From assembly GCA_964553615.1 (NCBI GenBank), contig CAZKMA010000001.1, positions 14,209 to 78,208 of the forward strand: DNA of 64,000 nucleotides, written 5' to 3'. Source of the DNA: an uncultured Spirochaetales bacterium. Its GTDB lineage: Bacteria; Spirochaetota; Spirochaetia; DSM-27196; DATKUC01. Shown here in pieces: positions 53,140 through 61,586 of this stretch; the first letter of the stretch is position 1; each line of letters starts with the position of its first letter. The position numbers and the translations under genes were made by a program. The notes under the pieces were generated by a model. It did no database searches. It had not been told where the DNA came from and worked only from the letters and a program-made list of their open reading frames with translations.

Positions 53140-55869
53140 TTATTTACCGTGACAGTATTTATATTTTCTGCCGCTGCCGCAGGGGCAGAGGTCGTTTCTG
53201 CCGACCTTCGGATAGGTACGTTTGACCTGTGCCTGCGCGGGCGCAGTTGCGGTCTGAGTGCCGCCGCCTGCAGCCGAAAACATCTGCACTTCGCTGTGAG
53301 TGGCCACCTGCCGCCGTCCTGAAACCTGCGCATCCGGAACTCGCGCCCGCATTCCTTCGGCCTTCACGGCAAAGAGCTTCCGGGCAATTGCAAGGCGGAT
53401 ATCATAGAGCAGCTCGTCGAAGATCTGGAACCCTTCGAGCTTGTATTCGAGGAGCGGATTTTTCTGTCCATAGGCCCTGAGGTAGACTGCCTCCCGGAGG
53501 GCTTCGAGATTCTCCAGATGGTCCTGCCAGCGCGCATCGATGTTCCGCAGATACTCGTAGCGGATTGCCATGTTCAACACTTCCGGTTCGACAATCTCCG
53601 CCTTCTCCGTCAGTTCCCGTTCCATCTCTTCGGCCAGTGTAGCACTGAGCTCGTCGGGAGTAAGCTCTGCGAGCTCTTCCGCGGGCGTATCTGAGGTAAA
53701 GTACAGCTTGTCCCGAAGCAGGTTGAGGAACTCGGCAAAGATCTGCTTGTCATCTCCGCGGCTCTTGATGTATGGCTGAAGTCCGTCTTCGATGATATCA
53801 CGGCCTGTTTGAAGTACGCGGCCCTTCAAATCTTCGTTTGCCAGAATCTGATCTCTCTGGGCGTAGATGAACTTTCTCTGCTCGTTCAGGACGTCGTCGT
53901 ACTCGAGAAGGTGCTTTCTTATTTCGAAGTTCCGCTCCTCGACCCGGGTCTGTGCACGTTCGATGCTCCGGGTAATGAGAGGACTGTTTATCGGCTCGCC
54001 GGGCTGCATGCCGACGCGGGACATGAGATTCTTCAGTCCGCCGGATCCCCCACCGAAAAGCCGCATGAGGTCATCGTCCATTGAGATGAAGAATCGCGAC
54101 AGACCGGGGTCTCCCTGACGTCCTGAACGTCCGCGGAGCTGGTTGTCAATGCGCCGCGACTCGTGCCGTTCGGTTCCAAGGACGTAGAGCCCTCCGGCCT
54201 GCTGAACTTCGGCATACTGCTGTCGCCAGAGTTCTCGCTCCCTTTCAAATGCTGTCTGATACTCGGCCTCGGTCGCTTCGGTACCTGCGCGCTTTCGCGC
54301 TCGATACTCGGGGTTCCCTCCCAGCTTTATGTCGGTTCCACGGCCTGCCATGTTTGTTGCGATGGTAACGGAACCCTTTGCTCCGGCCTCCGATATGATG
54401 AGGGCCTCACGGGCGTGGTTCTTGGCATTCAACACCTCGTGACGAACTCCGCGCTTCGTGAGCAGGCGGGATAATTCTTCTGATTTTTCAATGGATACCG
54501 TTCCAACGAGTGTCGGTTGACCCTTCTTGTTGACCCTGGATATCTCGTCGCAGATTGCTTCGAACTTGTCGGCTTCGTTCAGGTAGATAAGGTCATTATC
54601 GTCATTCCGGGCAAGCGGCCTGTTCGTTGGAATAACCACGACATCCAGATCGTAGATTTTGCCGAACTCCTTCGCTTCGGTCTCCGCTGTTCCGGTCATT
54701 CCAGAGATCTTGTCGTACATGCGGAAGTAGTTCTGGAAGGTGATGGTTGCAAGGGTCCGGTTCCTCATTGCTACCTTTATTCCCTCCTTGGCCTCTATTG
54801 CCTGATGGAGTCCATCGGAATAGCGACGACCATAGAGGATACGTCCGGTGAACTCGTCTACAATCTGGACCTGTCCGTCGGTTACCACGTAGTCGGTATC
54901 GAGGTGAAAGAGCTTGTGCGCACGCACCGCCTGAGTTACATGGTGGATGTACTCGAAGCTCTCGTCATCAAACAAAGACCCATGGATGGAACCGCGCTTC
55001 TGCAGGAGCTCCTCCACGTGATTCAATCCCTGATCGGTGAACGTGACGCGTTTCCCCTTTTCGTCGAGCTTGAAGTCTCCTTCAGGATCGTCTGGATAAT
55101 CACCGGTTGCAGGGTCTTTCGAGCATTCGATGAGGTCCGGCACAATCCGGTTCGCTTCCATGTACGTCCGGGTGTCGTCATCTGCCTGGCCGGATATGAT
55201 GAGTGGCGTTCTCGCTTCGTCGATGAGGATGGAGTCGATTTCGTCGATAACGCAGTAGTGATGGTCGCGTTGTACCTTGCTGTCGGACTCTATGCGCATG
55301 TTGTCCCGCAGGTAGTCGAATCCAAACTCGTTGTTCGTCCCGTAGGTGATGTCCTGGGCGTAGGCTATCTTTCGGGCTTCGTTATCCATCTGAGTCAGAA
55401 CGACTCCCACACTGACTCCAAGGTAGGAGTAGACTTTGCCCATCCAGGCAGCGTCTCGTTCCGCAAGGTAGTCATTGACTGTTATGACATGCAGACCTCG
55501 TCCGGTCAGACTGTTCAGATACGCCGCAGTAACCGACGATACGGTTTTCCCTTCACCGGTTTTCATCTCGACGATCTTTCCCTGATGAAGGACTATGCCG
55601 CCAAGTATCTGTACGTCGTACAATCGTTCACCGAGCGTGCGGCGTGCCGCCTCCCGGACCAGCGCAAAGGCTTCCGGCAGCAGGTCGTCAAGGGATTCGC
55701 CACCTGCGTATCGTTTCTTGAACAATTCGGTGGTTTGGGGGAACTCTTCCGGGGCGAGGCTCATGGCCCAGGATTCTTTCTCGTTTGTGAGGTGAAGAAT
55801 GGGGATGAGTTTTTTCAGGTCGCTCTCGTTCTTCGAACCGAAGAAGAAGTCGATGATGTTCTGGATCAT
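53140..55869 (-). CDS. secA: Preprotein translocase ATPase SecA
   Basis: 909 aa. DEAD motor motifs (MKTGEGKT, VIDEIDSILIDEARTPLIISG, TNMAGRGTDIKLGG) and a C-terminal zinc finger CPCGSGRKYKYCHGK. Confidence 0.98.
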   Translation of the reverse strand: MIQNIIDFFFGSKNESDLKKLIPILHLTNEKESWAMSLAPEEFPQTTELFKKRYAGGESLDDLLPEAFALVREAARRTLGERLYDVQILGGIVLHQGKIVEMKTGEGKTVSSVTAAYLNSLTGRGLHVITVNDYLAERDAAWMGKVYSYLGVSVGVVLTQMDNEARKIAYAQDITYGTNNEFGFDYLRDNMRIESDSKVQRDHHYCVIDEIDSILIDEARTPLIISGQADDDTRTYMEANRIVPDLIECSKDPATGDYPDDPEGDFKLDEKGKRVTFTDQGLNHVEELLQKRGSIHGSLFDDESFEYIHHVTQAVRAHKLFHLDTDYVVTDGQVQIVDEFTGRILYGRRYSDGLHQAIEAKEGIKVAMRNRTLATITFQNYFRMYDKISGMTGTAETEAKEFGKIYDLDVVVIPTNRPLARNDDNDLIYLNEADKFEAICDEISRVNKKGQPTLVGTVSIEKSEELSRLLTKRGVRHEVLNAKNHAREALIISEAGAKGSVTIATNMAGRGTDIKLGGNPEYRARKRAGTEATEAEYQTAFERERELWRQQYAEVQQAGGLYVLGTERHESRRIDNQLRGRSGRQGDPGLSRFFISMDDDLMRLFGGGSGGLKNLMSRVGMQPGEPINSPLITRSIERAQTRVEERNFEIRKHLLEYDDVLNEQRKFIYAQRDQILANEDLKGRVLQTGRDIIEDGLQPYIKSRGDDKQIFAEFLNLLRDKLYFTSDTPAEELAELTPDELSATLAEEMERELTEKAEIVEPEVLNMAIRYEYLRNIDARWQDHLENLEALREAVYLRAYGQKNPLLEYKLEGFQIFDELLYDIRLAIARKLFAVKAEGMRARVPDAQVSGRRQVATHSEVQMFSAAGGGTQTATAPAQAQVKRTYPKVGRNDLCPCGSGRKYKYCHGK

Positions 55870-55875
55870 GGAAAA

Positions 55876-55904
55876 ACTGTATACTTTTGTAACCTTCGGG
55901 TCAA
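55876..55904 (-). promoter_or_regulatory. Candidate sigma-70-type promoter for secA (TTGACC-N17-TACAGT), implying a leaderless or near-leaderless mRNA
   Basis: Minus strand: TTGACC (55904-55899), 17-nt spacer, TACAGT (55881-55876), then only ttttcc before ATG 55869. No SD-like purine tract. Confidence 0.35.
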
Positions 55905-55917
55905 GATTTCCGTAAGA

Positions 55918-55946
55918 TTGACACGGTCCAACGCCAAAGCTACTAT
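55918..55946 (+). promoter_or_regulatory. Candidate sigma-70-type promoter for the lipoprotein gene (TTGACA-N17-TACTAT), implying a leaderless mRNA at ATG 55954
   Basis: Perfect -35 TTGACA at 55918-55923, 17-nt spacer, and -10 TACTAT at 55941-55946. ATG 55954 lies 8 nt downstream, with no SD. Confidence 0.45.
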
Positions 55947-55953
55947 GACGGTA

Positions 55954-57192
55954 ATGAAAACCAGGGCCCCACTGAAACGCGTCCTCCCGATCATTACGAT
56001 CGTCCTGGCAGCTTCGCTGATGTTCGCCTGCAACAACGTTCAGGTGGTCAATATCCAGAGAGAAAGTCTGTTTTCGCTCGATATCGGAAAGATGGAAGAC
56101 CAGCTGGATCTGTTCCAGATTCCCGGTGCACCCATGGCGCGAAAGACAACCATCGCCATGCGGGATGGTATCTTCTACGTAGCGAACGGCAGTTCAAACA
56201 AGGTCATGGAGTTTACCAGCTACGGCGACCTTCTCTCCCTGTACTACAACCCGGATGAGAATCCGGAACCGGTTCTGCTGCAAACCAACAATTCCGACCC
56301 GAAGACCACGAACAGACGGGCCTTTCCCTACTACTTCAACCAGATCGGGCATATTGCCGTAACGAAAAAGCGCCAACTCCTGGTGGAGGACCGATTACCC
56401 GAGGAACGTGCGGTGTTCGACAAGAACCTCGGTGTGCTCCTTGACCGCGTTGTTCTGCGTTTCGATGATCAGGGGCATCTTCTGGATTTCCTTGGACAGG
56501 AAGGAGTGGGCGGAACCCCGTTTCCGTACATAGAAAAGATATACGTTACCCACAATAACGATATTGTCGTGGTGACGCGAACCATCGATTCGTGGATCGT
56601 CTTCTGGTACAACGAACAGGGCACATTGAAGTATAACGTAACGGTCAGCCTGGACAAGCTGCCGGTTCCGAAGAACGAAAAGGTCATTCCGACCCTGGAA
56701 ACAATTGTCCCGGACCAGAACAACAATCGTATCTATCTCAAACTCGACTACTATCATCAGGCGTTGGACGTCACCACCGGTGCCAAGGTCGGAATGCAGA
56801 ACGTCTTTTCCCGCATCTATTGGATTAACCTGGAGACCGGGCATTATGACAAGAATTACGTCCAGGTTCCCGAAAACGACCAGCGTGTTGGCGCAGGGAA
56901 TATCTTCGGACGCCAGACCGTGCACTACCAATACCATCTCCTCGGATCCGCATCGGGCGGGTATCTGGTCTTCCTGAGTCAGGAAGACAACAACCGCGAA
57001 CAGCTTCTCATCATGAACACATCGGGCAGAGTGGTACGGAGGCGGTATATTGCCGTCGAAGACAGCAAACTCGTCTACAAGGCCTTCACACTGTCCCCAG
57101 AGGGCATCCTGTGCGCGCTCCTGGTGTCGGATAGCAGCGCGCACGTGGTGTGGTGGAGGACGGACAAGCTGTTCGACCGGGAGGGTTCGTGA
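55954..57192 (+). CDS. Hypothetical lipoprotein (function unknown; repetitive beta-rich sequence)
   Basis: MKTRAPLKRVLPIITIVLAASLMFAC lipobox signal peptide. Alternative in-frame ATG at 55945. The upstream 1.4 kb of the 54517..57192 track ORF is antisense to secA and was rejected. Confidence 0.7.
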   Translation: MKTRAPLKRVLPIITIVLAASLMFACNNVQVVNIQRESLFSLDIGKMEDQLDLFQIPGAPMARKTTIAMRDGIFYVANGSSNKVMEFTSYGDLLSLYYNPDENPEPVLLQTNNSDPKTTNRRAFPYYFNQIGHIAVTKKRQLLVEDRLPEERAVFDKNLGVLLDRVVLRFDDQGHLLDFLGQEGVGGTPFPYIEKIYVTHNNDIVVVTRTIDSWIVFWYNEQGTLKYNVTVSLDKLPVPKNEKVIPTLETIVPDQNNNRIYLKLDYYHQALDVTTGAKVGMQNVFSRIYWINLETGHYDKNYVQVPENDQRVGAGNIFGRQTVHYQYHLLGSASGGYLVFLSQEDNNREQLLIMNTSGRVVRRRYIAVEDSKLVYKAFTLSPEGILCALLVSDSSAHVVWWRTDKLFDREGS

Positions 57193-58736
57193 AGCTGGTA
57201 TCGACCGAAAGAATGGCCTCCATCGATCGCGACGCACAGGAACGTTTCTCAATACCCGGTATCGTCCTGATGGAAGGGGCGGCGTTGCGTTGTTTTGATC
57301 TGCTGAAGGTCCACGCGCGGAATCTCGGCGAAGCGCGGGCACGACTGGTATTCGCAGCAGGTCGGGGAAATAACGGCGGTGATGCACTTGCAATGGCGCG
57401 ACTTGCCAGAATCGATGGTCACTTTGACGTCCACGTGGTTCTGAGCCATGGTGAACCGACGGGCCAGTGCGGTCAACAGCTGGCCGCCTGCCGCGCCCTC
57501 GGAATTCCTGTTCTGCTGTATGAGGATGCGGCCGAGGAGTGCCGGAATCTGTTTGCAGCCGCCTCGTGGATTGTCGACGGTCTTTCCGGAACCGGGATAC
57601 GTGGGAGCCTCAGGCAGCCGGTTGCGGAGATCGTGAACGCGGTGAATGCGGCCGGACGGCCCGTTTTTGCAGTGGACACGCCAAGTGGAATAGGCGACTC
57701 GTTCAGGGAAAACTACCCGGCCGTGCGGGCAACCATCACGGCAACCGTGGGACTCCCGAAGATCTGTCTCTATCTTCCGCGGGCGCGACCATTCTGCGGA
57801 ACAATCATCCATGTGCCCATTTCCTTTCCTTCTGAGCTTACCGAAGCCCCCGATATTCCCGGCGAGATCATGAGTCCGGAGGAACTATCCTCGCTCCTCC
57901 CGGCAATCGCGCCGTGGACATACAAGAATCGGCGCGGCTACCTCGGGGTATTCGCCGGAAACACCGGCACCAGTGGTGCGGCACTCCTTGCAGCAACCGC
58001 GGGAGCACGAACCCGGACAGGGCTAGTTTCACTGCACATAGACAGGGAGGTCTACGGAGCGGTTGCCGCATCCTGCCGTTCAGTCATGGCCCGCCCATGG
58101 TCCGGACCGGATGACCCTGCGAACACGCTCCCCGGGCCATATACCGCCATACTCGCCGGACCCGGTTGGGGCAGGGACGAGGACCGCTCGCGCTGGCTCG
58201 AAGCGATAATTGCCACGGGGCTCCCCGGTGTGCTGGACGCCGACGCGCTCAACCTGTTGGGAGAGTGGGGAGAAGAGCGCAGAAAGGCGGTGGATTTTGG
58301 CGGTAGATGGGTGTTCACGCCGCATCCTGGCGAGTTTGCCCGGCTGTGGTCAGCCGTGCATGGATCCACGGCGGATTCTCCGCGGGAGCAGCTGCTGGAC
58401 AATCCGGTCCCTGCCGTCCTGTCTCTTGCTGCGGATTTTCGTGCCGTCATTGTGTTGAAGGGGCATGTTACCACGATTGCCGCCCCGGACGGTCGATTCT
58501 GGATGGTGGACGGCATGAATCCGGCGATGGCAACCGGTGGATCGGGGGATGTTCTCAGCGGCATTATCGCCGGGCTGATCGCATCCGGGCTTCCGGCCGA
58601 GGATGCTGCCCGTGCGGGCGTCCTGCTTCATCTGGAGACGGGCAGGGAAGTCTTTGAAAAGATGGGCTGGTTCATTTCCGAGGACCTTCTGGACTATCTT
58701 TCTCCGGTCCTTGGCCGATACCAGCGGCAGGAGTAG
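57189..58736 (+). CDS. nnr: Bifunctional NAD(P)H-hydrate repair enzyme Nnr (YjeF: epimerase plus ADP-dependent dehydratase)
   Basis: YjeF_N (AGRGNNGGDALAMAR, VDGLSGTG) and carbohydrate-kinase-like C domain (ILAGPGWG, TPHPGEFARL, ATGGSGDVLSGIIAGL). GTG 57189 forms a GTGA overlap with the lipoprotein stop. Confidence 0.9.
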   Translation: MKLVSTERMASIDRDAQERFSIPGIVLMEGAALRCFDLLKVHARNLGEARARLVFAAGRGNNGGDALAMARLARIDGHFDVHVVLSHGEPTGQCGQQLAACRALGIPVLLYEDAAEECRNLFAAASWIVDGLSGTGIRGSLRQPVAEIVNAVNAAGRPVFAVDTPSGIGDSFRENYPAVRATITATVGLPKICLYLPRARPFCGTIIHVPISFPSELTEAPDIPGEIMSPEELSSLLPAIAPWTYKNRRGYLGVFAGNTGTSGAALLAATAGARTRTGLVSLHIDREVYGAVAASCRSVMARPWSGPDDPANTLPGPYTAILAGPGWGRDEDRSRWLEAIIATGLPGVLDADALNLLGEWGEERRKAVDFGGRWVFTPHPGEFARLWSAVHGSTADSPREQLLDNPVPAVLSLAADFRAVIVLKGHVTTIAAPDGRFWMVDGMNPAMATGGSGDVLSGIIAGLIASGLPAEDAARAGVLLHLETGREVFEKMGWFISEDLLDYLSPVLGRYQRQE

Positions 58737-58744
58737 TCCTTATC

Positions 58745-59323
58745 ATGGAACGCCGGGGCGACCGACGCCGCCAACCGGGCCAGCAGGGCCAGGAAGAGGT
58801 CAGAGTACCGAACAGTCTCAACTTTCACTATGACCGCGATGAACGTCTGTCCATGGCGTCGGAGGAACTTCGAGAGGCCGGCCGGCAACAGTCGTTTTTC
58901 AGACGATATCGCGGGCCGCTTCTCATGCTTGTAGATGTCGCACTCCTGGTGGGCATGATCGGCCTGTTTGTGTGGCTTACCGGGGGGGAACAGAGGGCTT
59001 CTCTTCCCGGTTATTCGGTAACGCTTCGGGCGGCTCGCTTTGGCCAGCAGGCGCTGGTGACCGTGACCATAGAGCAAACCGAGGCAAGCCCCGAGCTGTC
59101 CGGAGATATCGTCGAACTGGCAATGAGCGTACCGGGGACTTCGCTTTCGGTGACGGAGAAGGATGTCCTGCCTGCGAAGAAGGGGCAGGTCCGTACAATT
59201 CGCGCGGTTCTGGAGCCACTCCCTGAATCTTCGCACCCGCAGAACAAGAACAAGTCGGTCTTCGTTGTTGTTCGCGCTGCCGACCATACCGCAAAGCTTT
59301 CGGTCGTCATGCAGAACGAGTAG
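58745..59323 (+). CDS. Hypothetical single-pass membrane protein
   Basis: Basic N-terminus, one TM (LLMLVDVALLVGMIGLFVWL), and a beta-rich C-terminal domain. No family recognised. Start uncertain. Confidence 0.5.
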   Translation: MERRGDRRRQPGQQGQEEVRVPNSLNFHYDRDERLSMASEELREAGRQQSFFRRYRGPLLMLVDVALLVGMIGLFVWLTGGEQRASLPGYSVTLRAARFGQQALVTVTIEQTEASPELSGDIVELAMSVPGTSLSVTEKDVLPAKKGQVRTIRAVLEPLPESSHPQNKNKSVFVVVRAADHTAKLSVVMQNE

Positions 59324-59328
59324 TCGCC

Positions 59329-59357
59329 TTGACCGGCCTTATCGGTTGAAGTATCCT
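59329..59357 (+). promoter_or_regulatory. Candidate sigma-70-type promoter (TTGACC-N17-TATCCT) in the 59-nt gap before the 59383 gene
   Basis: TTGACC at 59329-59334, 17-nt spacer, TATCCT at 59352-59357. SD-like CAGGGGGG lies before ATG 59383. Confidence 0.3.
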
Positions 59358-59382
59358 TAAGTCAATCCAATCAGGGGGGCGT

Positions 59383-59796
59383 ATGTATCAGTTCTATTTC
59401 CTTTCCATTCTCCTCAACCTCCTCGCGGGTATCGCTCTCGCGTTCGACTCCCTGGATGAGAAACTCGGCCTGAGCCGTTTCTTCAATAGAGAGGTATTTG
59501 CGCAATCCGGTTTTAGAGTAACGGTAGGCATACTGACACTCATTGTCGGGGTTTTCAAGTTCCTCTCCGTTACTGCCGGGAACGTCCCGGTAGTAGGAGA
59601 TCTGCTGCCGGCCGTAATGGGAGTCCTTCTCGGGCTTTCCCTTATCGTTATGTTCTACAAGGATCGTTCGACGGTTTCGAGCCCGATCATCGAGACTCTG
59701 GATGCCGTACTGATAAAGAATCGTACTGTCCTCGGAGTCCTGGGCATCATTGCCGCGATCATGCACTTTCTGTTTCCGTCGGTACTGTTCCTGTGA
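59383..59796 (+). CDS. Hypothetical small integral membrane protein (about 4 TMs)
   Basis: 137 aa, hydrophobic throughout (FYFLSILLNLLAGIALAF; VTVGILTLIVGVFKFL; LLPAVMGVLLGLSLIVMF; VLGVLGIIAAIMHFLFP). 4-nt overlap with mutT. Confidence 0.6.
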   Translation: MYQFYFLSILLNLLAGIALAFDSLDEKLGLSRFFNREVFAQSGFRVTVGILTLIVGVFKFLSVTAGNVPVVGDLLPAVMGVLLGLSLIVMFYKDRSTVSSPIIETLDAVLIKNRTVLGVLGIIAAIMHFLFPSVLFL

Positions 59797-60227
59797 GCGA
59801 TCCGGACGGGATCCCGGCAGCCGGTGAATCGGTGGCCGGAATTGTCCTGAAATCGGAAACCGTATTTCTTGCCCGGCGCCGTATGGGCGGCAGCATCGGC
59901 GGCAAGTGGGAGTTCCCCGGCGGGAAGGTGGAACCGGGAGAGTATCCGGTGGAGGCGCTCAAGCGGGAGTTCATGGAAGAACTCGGTGTCCGCATACACG
60001 TCGGGTCTGCCATCGGGCAGAGCGAGTTCGAGCATGACGCCCGCCAATTCGTGGTCACTGCCTATGAGGTTGAGCTTGAGGGAGAGCCCCGGACGCTCGA
60101 AGAACACATCTCCCTTGGGTGGTTTCCGGTGGAAAGTCTGTCGGAAGTTGATCTGCCGGACTCAGACCGCGGCCTGGTCGAGTCCGTTCTTCGGTATGTG
60201 AAAAACAGGACACCCGACGCTATATGA
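59793..60227 (+). CDS. mutT: NUDIX hydrolase, MutT-like (8-oxo-dGTP diphosphatase family)
   Basis: Nudix box GGKWEFPGGKVEPGEYPVEALKREFMEELG. 144 aa. Confidence 0.85.
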   Translation: MSDPDGIPAAGESVAGIVLKSETVFLARRRMGGSIGGKWEFPGGKVEPGEYPVEALKREFMEELGVRIHVGSAIGQSEFEHDARQFVVTAYEVELEGEPRTLEEHISLGWFPVESLSEVDLPDSDRGLVESVLRYVKNRTPDAI

Positions 60228-61500
60228 CCGTGCCCGGCGGGATAATTGCGTTTTTTGGAATGACAATTACGCCGTCTCTCACAAAGTAGCAGTCGAAATC
60301 TCCATCGGGTCGGTCCTTCTCTTCGACGCCAATTCTGCATCCCTCGCCAATCCGTGCGTTCTTGTCTATTATCGCCTTGCGAACCACCGAATTCCGTCCA
60401 ATTCCAATATCCGGCCGTCCGAGCAACAGGTTTTCCTTTCGTCCGTCATCGGTTTCGTAGTAGTCAGCACCCATGCAAATGACGCCGTCGAGTTCACACT
60501 CGGTCTCTATGAAGGTCCGAATTCCGACAATTGCGTTGTTCACACGCGCATTCGTTATTACGCAGCCATCCGCGGCAAGAACATGGGAAAGTGTGCACGC
60601 ATTGAACTTGGATGCCGGGAGATCTCGCCGATGCGTGTAGATTGGCATTGTTTCATCATAGAAATTGAAGTCCGGGCGAAGACTCGCAAGATTCAGGTTG
60701 GTTTCGTAGAATGACTTCACGGTACCAATATCTTCCCAGAATCCGTCGAAAACGTACGCGTACACGTTGCGCCGTTCTATTGCGCGGGGGATTATCTCTT
60801 TGCCGAAATCCGTGAACTCGTTGTCAAGTTCCTGCTCAAGCACATTTGCATTGAAGATATAGATCCCCATGCTTGCAAGGTATTCTTTCCCGGCAGACAG
60901 CTTTTCTTTGTCCGGATGAATCTCCGGCGGAATCCTCAGGTGGGGTATGTCAATCGAGAGCGGAGGTTTTTCGAGGAACTCCGTAATCCGGGCATCGGAA
61001 CCCGCTTTCAGGATTCCAAAGCCGACCGCCTGATCCCGCGTTACCGGGGTTGCTGCGACGGTCACTTCCGCGCCGGTTTCGACATGACGCCGAAACACTT
61101 CCGCAAGGTTCATACGGTAGAGCTGGTCACCTGACAGGACTATATAGTGCGAGGGTCCCTGTGTCCGAAAATGGACGAAGTTCTTTCGAACCGCGTCCGC
61201 GGTGCCTTCGTACCATCCGGAGTGTTCGAATGTCTGTTCCGCCGCCAGGATTTCAACGAATCCCTGCGTGAATGAATCGAATACATACGTCTGAGCGATA
61301 TGGAGGTGGAGGCTTGCGGAATTGAACTGGGTAAGCACATAGATCTGTTTGAAACCCGAGTTAATGCTGTTGGATAGCGGAATGTCCACCAGGCGATATT
61401 TCGCCCCGAAGGGTACAGCGGGCTTTGCACGATCTTTGGTGAGCGGATACAGGCGAGTTCCCTTACCGCCGCCCATGACGATGGAAAGTACTTTGGACAT
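60220..61500 (-). CDS. glgC: Glucose-1-phosphate adenylyltransferase GlgC
   Basis: MSKVLSIVMGGGKGTRLYPLTKDRAKPAVPFGAKYRLVDIPLSNSINSG, plus a left-handed beta-helix C-terminus. ATG 61500 follows SD AAGGAAA. The track ORF start at 61569 was rejected. Confidence 0.93.
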   Translation of the reverse strand: MSKVLSIVMGGGKGTRLYPLTKDRAKPAVPFGAKYRLVDIPLSNSINSGFKQIYVLTQFNSASLHLHIAQTYVFDSFTQGFVEILAAEQTFEHSGWYEGTADAVRKNFVHFRTQGPSHYIVLSGDQLYRMNLAEVFRRHVETGAEVTVAATPVTRDQAVGFGILKAGSDARITEFLEKPPLSIDIPHLRIPPEIHPDKEKLSAGKEYLASMGIYIFNANVLEQELDNEFTDFGKEIIPRAIERRNVYAYVFDGFWEDIGTVKSFYETNLNLASLRPDFNFYDETMPIYTHRRDLPASKFNACTLSHVLAADGCVITNARVNNAIVGIRTFIETECELDGVICMGADYYETDDGRKENLLLGRPDIGIGRNSVVRKAIIDKNARIGEGCRIGVEEKDRPDGDFDCYFVRDGVIVIPKNAIIPPGTVI

Positions 61501-61586
61501 GTTGCGGGTTTCCTTTACCCATTCATTGTATGGAACCAATTGCGAACGGTCAAGAAAATCTTGGCACAAACGCTAATGTTTGTGAT

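Noticed and set aside
54517-55944. First ~476 codons of the 891-aa + strand ORF 54517..57192
   Set aside because: This part is antisense to secA, whose identity is beyond doubt. The plausible gene begins only at ATG 55945/55954, where a lipoprotein signal peptide and a TTGACA-N17-TACTAT promoter appear.
56395-57393. 332-aa minus-strand ORF across the lipoprotein/nnr junction
   Set aside because: It is antisense to nnr (YjeF motifs) and to the lipoprotein gene, and it has no features of its own.
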